From contig OZ316892.1 in the NCBI GenBank assembly GCA_973895155.1, positions 22,793,168 to 22,857,167 on the forward strand: a stretch of 64,000 nucleotides of DNA, given 5' to 3'. Every line of letters starts with the position of its first letter. The stretch's first letter is position 1. Position numbers and translations under genes: made by a program. This document shows positions 13,500-24,273 of the stretch, piece by piece. The DNA is from Marsupella aquatica (Eukaryota; Plantae; Marchantiophyta). The notes beneath the pieces were generated by a model. That model was not told where the DNA came from, made no database searches, and was given only the letters and a program-made list of their open reading frames with translations.

Positions 13500-14205
13500 C
13501 ATATTTGGATGTCACTTATGTGTTGAGCTGGTCATCTGTTCAGCTTTGATCCTACAATCTTCAAATCAGGAGATTGTTATGTCTTCCCAGTAGTTTCACT
13601 CGGGGTTTTTGCAAAATGTCCCAAAACAAGTACCCATCCAAAAATTAACAATAACAATGATCACCTCACTCTTAACTGCAGAGGGGCAGTTTTCAAATCT
13701 AAGGGATTCAATCAGAAGTATGGACAAACTGGTGATTTTTTCCAGAGTGAGAGTTGGCAATATGGATGCCTCGTCTCTATAAGTTGTATTCAAGCAATGA
13801 ACTTTTGTGCTCAGTAATCAGATGTTGGGGTTGTATTTCGTGGGGCCTATGTTCAGCTTGTATCCAACACTTCAGTGTAATAAAAATGTGGATAATGCAC
13901 ATCTAATTTAAAGCAAATTCAACCTAACTTGTTTTGGACAATTTTTGGAACTTGATGTTGTTTGCACACACAGTTGATGAGGCTCTTAGATTTATACTCT
14001 CCATGGCTCCAGCTACCCTCCAATGTTTCACGAGTTTTGGGGTGGGTGCTACACTTGGAACCCAAAGTGTGACAGGGATAAAAGCATCACATAACCTACA
14101 ACGAAAGTGGGTATTGTATGTTTTGTGGACAAAGACTGTACCAGATTTGTACTTCGGATATTCCTCTCCTAGTCTTGACCGCCAGAGTTGGGCTACTAAT
14201 CCCAT
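13500..14205 (-). pseudogene. Possible hAT transposase N-terminal remnant
   Basis: Minus-strand HFRCRLCDAF...LVKHW resembles a BED finger and is followed by IGPTKYNP...LSTK, reminiscent of the GPGYKPPS...LR segment of plant hAT transposases. Heavily disrupted. Confidence 0.3.
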
Positions 14206-17200
14206 GTCAAGTAATTAGAAATATCGGCACATAAAGAAATTAAACCAAAATTAGAAACATCGCCAAAATCAGTGGATTTAACCAGCACATGTATTGCAAC
14301 AAAAAAATGCATAAAAAAGAAAAGGAACTTAGGATATTATGGAGGATAACAGATCACCTCCTTATTAATTAAGGTCACATGTGCTTGAAGTACAATGTAA
14401 GGAACGGCTTAATAACATTGCCTAACTCCCTAAGCATGTAATCCACATACCAAAGTCCAAAATAACGTAATCTTTTGTTTTGGCCATTTTAGTCCTACTT
14501 AAAATTGGCCCAAGTAGGACTAAACTCTTGTGAGTTCCGCTTATTTGCTACATGCCACGTTTCCTCCACAAATTTTCTCTACTCAATGGGATTCAATCTT
14601 CAAACTACAGTAACCAAGCCTGAGGCATGATGCCATTCCACATTGTCATCACTTTGGGTTCCCCGTTAGTGGGATTGAAATGCTAAAACTCAAAAGTCCA
14701 TTTTGAGTTCCAACTTGAGAGCATCTCATCTTGTCATCTTTGTTTCCAAGCAGCTAACCCAAGCCATAAGCTAAGCATAAAGCTTTAGAATATTATACTT
14801 CAAGCAGCACTCCCCTCTGCTCCCCTCCCCTCCCCTCCCCTCCCACATTTCCTTTGCCATGTTGGCCCAGTTATATTCAACGCCAAAATTCTAATTACTT
14901 AGGTCAAGCTTTTGAAGAGAAGATTCCCAATATCATACTAGTGTGGGACTTGGGCCAAGATATTGTAAAAGATCAAGTGATCTCAGGTTTTAAGGTTAGC
15001 ATTCAAGGTGCGCACCAATTAGGCATACCACTCCTCAGGTGCACATGATTTGTTTTTAGCTCAGGTGTAGTGAACGATAGTTTTGGAAGAAGTGAGATTT
15101 GAACAAGAACAGCAAGACTTTACAATGGTGATATCTCCACATGGTTACATGTTATCTAGGCAGCCACGTGGAGGTTGCACAAATCCATAGAATCAGAACG
15201 GGATCCAGAATACTCCTGGCTTGGCTCATCTTTTCAGGGCGTCGAGTCCAATACTAACCATATCTTTGAAGGATATGTTGTACTTTTTGTTCTTTCAAAG
15301 AAGGGAAACGAAGTGCGAGTCACAGGGCTGAGGAGTTGACCGAGCCACTCAGGTAAGGCAAAACCCAATTATGATAATTATGCAGTAGTTGTCTATAGTG
15401 ACTAACCAACATCCCATCTTGGATGATCGTATTACAAGCACAATGATGTCTCCAACACTGACATGGTAAAAGTCAAGCCATATTGTAGATAACTACAACC
15501 ACCTCTTGTATTTGCATTATCCTAAGCTCTCTGACAATATTTTGGGATCTGTGTGGTCCTTTTTTAGTTGCTAAAAAAGGCCCATATCACACCTGGTAGT
15601 CTGTTTTTTTTTTAATTGTTGGTTGTTGATAAAGGCCCATGTCACCCCTGGTATTTGGAGCCCATCGCTTGGATTTTGTGGATTTGGATGTAAGTGTTGT
15701 TGGATAATGCAGTTGAAGTAACTATGGGTTTGACATCCAAGTTTCATATGAGAAGTCAAGGATAAATTAAAGAAGCACCCAAAATACGAGTCCCTGGAAG
15801 AATTTGTTGTGAATCCTTTAACCTAAAAATATAGTACTTGCTTTTTGCTCACGCAGGTTGAGGATATCACTCTTTGGCTGGATTAAAAGACTGAGGCTCT
15901 GCCTTCTGTCGGTTATAGAAAATGGAGATGGAGAAGTACAACTGACCTTTCAAAAAATCTTCAACCCCCAAGAATATTTTTTGAGGGGTCAGTTCACATT
16001 CACCACCTGTAGAATGTTTTAAGTATTCCAATAATAAAACTTGATGGGGCCAGGAGGGAACTACCTCCCAACGGAACCCCCAAGTTGCTAAGGGTCTTCT
16101 TCATAGGCCCTCGGGAGCTGTGGCCCAGTTAAGCACCATGGGGGGCATGTTTCCGTCCGTTGACAATATGCATGGTGTTAGGGTTGGCAAGTTGTAGGCA
16201 CATCTTACATTGCGGGTATTTTATGTGACTGAACTCATCAAGCGTGGGTTTTGTAATTTGGTCGGGACTTTTTTGTGCGGGAAGCTTTGCTAGAGGCTTT
16301 GTGAGAGATTTCACAATTGCTACGTGACTGGCAGTGAGGACTTGCTTGGGTGAGAGGACAACATGTGAGCATGCATTGCAATTTCAAATCAACATTGTTT
16401 GCAGTGAAGGAGACACATCCATAGCAGGTTGCTTGACTCTAGTGCAGAACTGGGTCCATCCTACAGCAGTGGGGATCAATGTACCCATATAATCAGCTCA
16501 GTTTTAGGTAGAGTGTGATAGTGCAATGTCCTGGATTATACTTGAGGGTTACGGCATGAATAGTTTCTATTCTCATCCACTCAGTTGAATCTGCTGTCCT
16601 CAGTTTAGTGAATGAAGTCCAGTGAAATTGCTGGAAACTCAATTCCTTCCCTATCTAGCAAATGAAGATGAAAAATTGAACTCTCCTGCTGTCCATGCCC
16701 AGCCTGGCTGAACACCATCATTGGCCATTTCTTCCAGCAACATGATATGCTCACATTCAACCACTTGAGCAGATTCTTATCTTCCCCACATATGAAGTGC
16801 GCGGTGTGGGTAGCAAGCCCTACCACAGAATGGCAAGCAATGTGGGCACATGATGAGCCCTCACATGCTCCTCCTGCCCCAATCAAGCCTCATGAATTGT
16901 TCATGCCAGTCATGAATCCTCTGCAAAACTTTCCACCCAAAAAAGTCCCAACTAAATTGCCAAGCCTGCGCTTGATGAGTGCAGTCTTAGCACAAAGGGC
17001 TCACACTTTTATAGTATGCATAAACTGTGTAGGCTGATCACGCCTGTGTGGTCAACCCGAATACCATGCCCAACTGTATGAAATCCACACTCTCCCGGGA
17101 TGCTTAGCCAGACCACAGATCTTGGAAGTCCCAGAAAGACTTATTGACATTGAGGGGACCCGACCAGAGGTTTTTCCCTTCCCAAGGCTCCATCAAATAT

Positions 17201-18199
17201 TCTATTATAGAGTATTATGCTTCTTCCTCTAGCTAGCTAATCACAACTCACCTGGCCCTCAAGACCACCAAGTGAACAAGTTAGATAGGAGATAGTGCAA
17301 ATAGGAAGGCAAATGTTGTCCTTGCCAACATTGATTGTTTAGCTTGCCAAGCTGACCTTCCAAACTATGGTTTTCACTTGAAAAGTAGTTTTAATGAACA
17401 CTTGGGGCTTTGGTAGACTCGTTCCTTCTCTAGTTGTGGCTGAAGACCTCCATTGGATGGTTTTGGAGTTCCTTGCTCTTTCATATACAGTGTTCTGCTC
17501 TGGCGTTCTGCCGTAGTTGGTTCCAGCCACATACTATTGGAAAAATATTTCAACCACAGCTGCCACTCTAAATTTAGGGGCCCTGCACTAACCAGCCACT
17601 GCTCATTTGAGTAATTCAACTGTAGACCTAGTAAAGTCTGTATGTTCTCGCACTCACTTTTTATCATGGGACCCTCATACCCTAAGAGTGTTTTTGGGGT
17701 TTTCCTAAAAAATGCGAACAATGTTAGATGCAGTTTTTACTTTTCGAGCCATAAATTGCCTCCTCCGGTGAATTAATGAGATGTCACTCATACTATACAT
17801 ACACTAAAGTATGATGTGCTCTTTCATATACACGAGTATTGTATGTGAAATGAATACTATAGGTTACCCAAGTTTTTCATCCAAGAACTTGTGATTCCTA
17901 TCATAGAATGGGCTACTATTATGTACTGTCAATAACGACCATAAAATAAGCGGTCAAGGCAAGCTCACGAACATCCATATTGAACTGATCTGCTTTAACG
18001 AAGCGCAAAAATGATTCCCTTCAATTTCGAACCCCTTTTGTTTGCGAACCTTTTTTTTGTTGCGGAAAGGGGGCAGAGCCTCGGAAACTTTTTTTGCAAA
18101 CCTTTTGAGAGAACCTTTATTGAGAACCGCCCATGGAATATGTAGACCTTATTTTGGGACCGCTCATTAATTGGGAGTCCCCCCCAAAAGTCCAGAATT

Positions 18200-18497
18200 C
18201 CTTTTGGGATTTCTTAAAGTCAGGTAGCTCACCAAGCTGATGCAATCGTAGGGAGTGTAACATCCATCAAGGAAAAAGGGCCAATGTACAAAAAGGGGGA
18301 CCAAAGGAAGTACAATGTAAAAGCAAAAAAGGTAGGTAGAGGACAAATACAAACTCAAAAGAAGAGGGCAAATGCAAACCCTAAAAAACCTATAAATAAG
18401 AAAAAACAAGAAATAAAGATTTACAAGGCAAACCTGTAATGATCTAATGGTCTATTAACATCTAGTGCTGTAACTGAAGTTTACAAGAGGATATAAA
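18200..18497 (-). mobile_element. CRE-clade non-LTR retrotransposon 3' end (last codons plus T-rich 3' UTR), right half of copy C
   Basis: 18375-18497 aligns with 19585-19706 ('aaaacctataaa...gatctaatggtct...ctagtg.tgtaact'), which is the ORF end and 3' UTR of copy B. Confidence 0.7.
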
Positions 18498-18951
18498 TTT
18501 TACTATAAAAACGTCAATTGAAGTCTACTTAATGGTCTACTAACATCTAGTGCTGTAACTGAAGTTTACAAGAGGATATAAATTTTATATAAAAACGTCA
18601 ATTGAAGTCTACTTAATGGTCTACTAACATCTAGTGCTGTAACTGAAGTTTACAAGAGGATATAAATTTTACTATAAAAACGTCAATTGAAGTCTACTTA
18701 ATGGTCTACTAACATCTAGTGCTGTAACTGAAGTTTACAAGAGGATATAAATTTTATATAAAAACGTCAATTGAAGTCTACTTAATGGTCTACTAACATC
18801 TAGTGCTGTAACTGAAGTTTACAAGAGGATATAAATTTTACTATAAACACGTCAATTGAAGCCTACTTAATGGTCTACTAACATCTAGTGCTGTAACTGA
18901 AGTTTACAAGAGGATATAAATTTTACTATAAAAACTTCAATTGAAGTCTAC
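18445..18951. repeat. Tandem array of 6 near-identical units, alternating 85/84 bp
   Basis: The unit 'taatggtctactaacatctagtgctgtaactgaagtttacaagaggatataaattttactataaaaacgtcaattgaagtctact' starts at 18445, 18530, 18614, 18699, 18783 and 18868. Confidence 0.97.
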
Positions 18952-19365
18952 TGTGAAGAGCCTAGGTCTAGCTAGAGTGAAGTCTCTAGACCATAAGTCT
19001 ATGGTCCTCATACTCTATGGTCATCATGTGTATGTGAAAAACTCATGTGGATGTACATACAAAAAAAATGCACATAAAGAAGAATGGTATATTATATATA
19101 ACTATTAAAATGATATTTTTTTATCATTTTATTAACCTTTAAAGAATATGACCATCATGTGCATGTGAAATATTCATATGATGTGCATACAAAAGAATGA
19201 TGTGCACATAAAGGAAAATGATATATTATATATGATTATTAAAATGATGATTTTTCTTTAATCATTTTATTAACCTTCAAAGAATATGAATAGAGAATAT
19301 ATTTTGATGACATTTTTATTGTCCTCTCCGCTATTCACATTCAACTAACGGATAGTTGGGGCTAG
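18921..19365 (+). mobile_element. Putative non-autonomous Helitron (~445 bp)
   Basis: Ends in CTAG (19362-19365) with an imperfect hairpin CCGCTA..TAACGG ending 10 nt upstream. Starts TTTTACTATAAAA (canonical TC apparently decayed to TT). It sits between A and T of a CRE sequence whose uninterrupted form is 'ggacataga|tatactctaag' at 19698-19717. AT-rich, with a ~130-bp internal direct repeat. Confidence 0.6.
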
Positions 19366-19490
19366 TATACTCTAAGAGTACAAGCTTCTGTTGAGGCACA
19401 CTAGTACCCACTGCTAGATATCTACAGTGATTGTGTGGGCTTGAACATGCTGTGACGTCACCAAAATCCACTAACAAAAGTATGTTTACA
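19366..19490 (-). mobile_element. CRE-clade retrotransposon fragment, left half of copy C
   Basis: Translates as TYFC*WILVTSQHVQAH / HCRYLAVGTSVPQQKLVLLEY, matching THFCQRISVALQCAQARAIYCRSLTVGTTMPP*TLAPLED of the 41.5-42.1 kb copy. Confidence 0.75.
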
Positions 19491-20150
19491 AAAAATGACC
19501 AATTCCTAAAAAGTGCCAAACAAAGTAGAATGGAGTAAAAGCAAAAGCGACCGAGAGACGACACATGCACACACAACTCAAAATGCAAACCCCACAAAAC
19601 CTATAAAGATGAAGACAAAATAAGAAATGACATCTACAACGCAATAATGTGATGATCTAATGGTCTGCACCTAGTGTTGTAACTAAGTATGTAGGTGGGA
19701 CATAGATATACTCTAAGAGGGAGGTGCACTAGTATGTACCCGCTGCTAGAGTTCTACAATGGATTGTTTGGGCTTGAGCATGTTGTAACATCAACCAAAC
19801 CCAATGCAAAGTGCATTGTCGAAACAGATAGTGGTGGTCCTATAAAACCAGCCTGCACATGAATGTCTCAAGCTGCCTATCAAATGAGCCCATTGAATTC
19901 AATATAAAGCCTTCCAAGTCCCAATAGCAAGGGCGAGGAACTTAGCTTTGTGTCAGTATGATGCATGTTTTTCCTCTTTTGCCTCCAGTGTCACTGTTAC
20001 GACTGTCTGTGATGCCACTCTCTTGAGCAAGAATGTCCTACCACAACATTAGCCAGGGTAGATGTGCCATCTTGGACCATGGTAAGATCAATGCCTAAAT
20101 TATGTGGTAGGGGACAAAGAAAATTGAGGACAACCTCCTGCCTCACACTC
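19491..20150 (-). mobile_element. CRE-clade retrotransposon, 5'-truncated decayed copy B (RLE domain plus 3' UTR)
   Basis: VRQEVVLNFLCPLPHNLGIDLTMVQDGTSTLANVVV, EAKEEKHASY*HKAKFLALAIG and LQHAQAQTIHCRTLAAGT...EYIYVP...LVTTLGADH* are collinear with the copy at 41485-42149. Confidence 0.85.
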
Positions 20151-20499
20151 TCAGCCTCACCTTTACCAAATGGCCAAAGTCCCAGAGAGGACTTGGGCAT
20201 TAGTGTCCCTCATTTTATCATAAAAACTATGTATCTCCAACTGTACTACATCAAAGAAGACAGAACCCCATATCATCACAAGGGTTCCCGGGTGTACAAA
20301 AATTATTGAGATAAATTAGACAACATGACATCACACAGAACCACTCTACAACATAGAATCAATACCATTACACACAGATATGTGAGTGATTCACCTCATC
20401 TGGGCTATGTTCATGTCCGAGATGAGGCATTCCCTAATTATGCATACTTTACACATCCACCTCAGCATGGCAAGCCACAAGCTGCTCTACAACATAACA

Positions 20500-20542
20500 C
20501 TCCTCCTCCTCCTCCTCCTCCTCCTCCTCTCTCTCTCTCTCT
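20500..20542. repeat. (CCT)n-(CT)n compound microsatellite
   Basis: Directly visible. Confidence 0.9.
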
Positions 20543-20723
20543 AAACACTAAACATGGGACATGAAAGGAGTTTTTTACAAATCATTTTCAACCTGGTGAC
20601 GGGGGCTGAACAAAGGGACCAGGGAAGTGGATTATATAAGTCTAATCATCTTTGAGGAAAGAATATGGTCAATACTCTGTGCCTTGAGACTATGCACATA
20701 AGCAAACTACTGTCTGATCATCC

Positions 20724-21069
20724 TGTTAGGATTTACTCTTAGGTCTAGAGTTACGACTGCACCGTAGTTAAGGCTAACCTTAGTCGCAGACTTGGTTAGG
20801 TTAGTCATGCTGTGCACACTCTATAACCAAGCGGTGTTTGCTTGGAGAGGAGGAACTCAGGCTCATTCTTACAGAGCTAGTTGAGAGATAGAGAGAGCTT
20901 GCGCTGTGGATGCTTGGGTATGGCCGGTCGGCCTAGAGTGCAATAAAGCTCATGTGTGTTCCCGTGGACGTAGCCTCAAGAGGAGGTGACCCACGTATCT
21001 CTCTATGTCAACTCTTGTGCATTGGATGGTTCATGGGCTTGCTGTTGCGATTGTCGTCTATGCTCTACA
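20724..21069 (+). mobile_element. Solo LTR (346 bp), Ty1/copia-like
   Basis: TGTTAGG...TACA termini with exact 5-bp TSD CATCC (20719-20723, 21070-21074). Contains a TATA-like 'ctataa', AATAAA, and 'cccgtggacgtag...ggtgacccacgta', a motif typical of plant copia LTRs. Confidence 0.88.
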
Positions 21070-22459
21070 CATCCGGGGTAAATGTTTTACCCGGAGAATA
21101 GATGCATGCATTGGTAAAGTAATAATTTCACCACTGTTGTTGTCCAAGTGAATGGCTCTGTGTATATTAAAGCTGTTTGGCTCGAATGTCTGGCAGAAGT
21201 CTTTCAAAGAACCAACATATTGAGCAATATTTTTGTTTTTGTGGAGAGAAAAAGGGAGTTAATTGATCAAGAGAATATTTAGGAATGAGCAAGGGAAAAC
21301 CCCTGATTTGTAGGTAAGAACTTCTTTGACTTAGCACTCATGAGGTTCCAAGTGATTGTTAGCACACCTCCAAGGGTGTAGGGGTGACTGACGGCTAAAC
21401 CCAAAATTTTCATTTGGAGGCCCGGGAGTCAGCAATGCCCCCCTCTTGGATTCACTCACCAGCAGTTCTCCAATCGTCACGTCTATCCTCTCCAAAGTGA
21501 AGTGTTGGCATAACCAGGTCCAAAATCTGAAGCATATCCAGAATTGTGTGACATTTGGTGGAATCTATGACGTAGATGGGAATACAATTAAACCAGGTTA
21601 GAGGGACTCTCTCTAGGTTGCTACTCATACCAAATATGGTAGCCAGGTTTGTGAAAGAAAGGGCTGGCTGCAATTTATTTAAAGATAGGGGCCACCATTG
21701 CCAGAAGGCAACCCTCCAAAATCAGCCGCTATGTATGTGCTCCTTTTAGCAGTTACAGGCTCATTAGACCCTACCATTGGAAATGCTCTTATAGATCTTC
21801 CGGACTCCTCCATTGTAACGGTGTGGAGGGCCACACGGAGTAAAGCTTTAGAATGAGTGCTAATGAGTAAAAAGCCTAAACACATAATGCACTGCCAGAG
21901 AACGAAAAGCGCCAAATCCAGAGACAAGATTTCAAACCCTAAACACATATAACACATTGCCAAAGAACAACTAGCGCCAAACCCGGAGATAAGATCCCAA
22001 AGGCAAGGAAACCAAATAAAGGGGAGACAACAAGGAAAAATGGGTCTTATTTTCAAAAATCCATATAAAACTTTCAATCATGGACTTATTTTGCAGTGTC
22101 CTTTGGCTCGGGACATTATTTTGTGAAGATTCTTTGGAACATTGATCTCATTTCACTCTCATGGAACAATCCAACAAGAAGCCAATTGATGAGTTCTGAA
22201 GACCCACCCCCTTCGACAAGACGGTCACAGAAACCAAAAGGATACGCAATCATGACACACGAAAGTTTGTAAGTACTATGTCCTGAGAAATCCACGCACC
22301 CCAATGACGAGAGTTCGAGAATTTGGTACTCATAGATGGGCCCTTGCTTACACTGTTGGTCCCAGGTTCCCCCTTCATTGTTGGTCTTCGGTTAGACTAA
22401 TAATAAATTGGACCTCCTCTTCCCACTCTTCCCCACCAGGCTCCAACGAGAGATGCCCA

Positions 22460-22580
22460 AGCCCAGCAATGGTGGCCCAGCAATGGTGGCCCAGCAATGA
22501 CCGGAGGCCCAGCAATGGTGGCCCAGCAATGACCGGAGGCCCAGCAATGGTGGCCCAGCAATGACCGGAGGCCCAGCAAT
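22460..22580. repeat. Minisatellite of alternating 14- and 18-bp units sharing GGCCCAGCAAT (32-bp period)
   Basis: 'ggcccagcaatggtggcccagcaatgaccgga' repeated about 3.5 times. Confidence 0.92.
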
Positions 22581-24252
22581 TGACTGATGAAAGAAAGGCA
22601 GCGCACTCTGATGAGATTTGGGGATGATACACAAACTTAGGAACTGGTGGGTCAGAGAATCTGTGTCCAAAGCTGCTTATTACACGGACTGATGCCTACT
22701 AATAGGTGGCTTAGCTTGGACATCGATTGTCTCTCTTAAAGTTCACATCGAATCATAATTATGGAGGGATGGGATCGCCTTCAGCCATCCGCTGATCCGC
22801 TTCGCAGCTGGCAGCAAGCGGGTTTGCCTTTGCCATGGCAGCCGCCATATAATCATCATGATGAGGAGACCACAGTCTCTGAACAAGCGCTGATGAGTGA
22901 GCGAGCAACTTCCATCAGTTTAATCCCCTGAGCCAATCGCACGGTCTGTCGATCGAGGTAATGGCAGTGGTCCAGTCTATAGCCTTTCTCTTTGGCGTTT
23001 CTGTTTGCTTTACCGACCACATCGAACCAGAACCAGACCTCCAGAGCACGTATTACATTACGGGATGAGATGGGGGGTGATGAGATTATTCGGATTTGTT
23101 AAATTTTGATTCTAGATTACGTCATGCTCACACTCTCTAAGAAGATGTGTCTTTCGTCTCGCGCTTGCTTCCTGGAATCTGGATGTTGACGTCAGAAGCA
23201 GAAGGATCTTTGGGTTTTCACAAAGAGTGTTGCCGCGGACTTGGGGTTGGTGTTACCAACCTTTTTAGTATTGGTAATTCCTTGAGTTTGGTTTGCTCCT
23301 GCTGGATTTGATTTGTGACCTACCTAGGATTGCATTACCTACCTAGGGCCCTACGGGTGTGATATAGCCACGGTAGACACTCGAGAGTGTGTCTTTGCAA
23401 CAGTAGTGGAATAAATACAGAGAAACACACCGAATCTAGGAAGACCCAGTGAGAGCCAAGCATCTGGGAAGAAGGAGGGGATGTGCTGAAGTCTGCGCAG
23501 GCCGGTCACTTCGTGTCTAGCTGAGCGACTCTGCTACTTGTACATGATTCATGACTTCTGTCAGCCCGTCCGTCCCCCCCCGTAATTAAGGTACTGACTG
23601 GAGACGCAATTTACTACGAGAGAGGAGTATAACTATCACGTGTGCATTGATTCAACTATGTTACCAGTACAGTGCACGAGTTCAATTCCACTGTGTTTGG
23701 GGAGCCAGGGATGCATTTTAAAGCAAGAAGAAAGTAGAATGCAGAGCAACAGCCCAATGTCACAAAGTGGGATGGGCATGAAGTGCATTGGCAACGATCT
23801 CCAAAAGGAGAAGTAAAACATGGGTAAGCTTTCAGAAGGGCCTGGCTGGTTGGCTACTGTAGCTTCTAGGCTTCTTGCTTGCATGGTCCTCGCATGGCAC
23901 ACGGATGCCGGAACGCAAGCAGACTGATGTCAAGATGTCATCCTCAGCGAGGCACAATGATACTAAAGTACAGTTTTAGCATGACTGTCTCGTCTTTGTC
24001 GCAGGACTCATCCAGCCATCCAGGAGGTAGTGTCTATGCACGAGGGGAGGACAAAGTTCCGCGAGCGCACTGAAGCCCGAAATTAACGGAGACTCGGTCG
24101 CCATCGACGTAGTTATTATTAGATTATTTTGGTGTGAGATTCTCTAGCCCATTCAGATATTCATCAGCCAATTTTCATCATTCGCTGTTCACACTTCCCT
24201 CTTGTGCAAAAATTGACCTTTTCCAGATTGTTTATATATTAGGCTGATGAAT

Positions 24253-24273
24253 GGGGGGGGGGGGGGGGGGGGG
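24253..24273 (+). repeat. G21 homopolymer
   Basis: Directly visible. Confidence 0.9.

Noticed and set aside
16300-17040. PLS-class PPR pseudogene (WPMMVFSQAGHGQQ, ACSH)
   Set aside because: The resemblance is limited to a few residues in inconsistent frames and cannot be supported without an HMM search.
18445-18951. CRISPR-like array
   Set aside because: Units are near-identical along their whole length with no unique spacers; the context is eukaryotic and has no cas genes.
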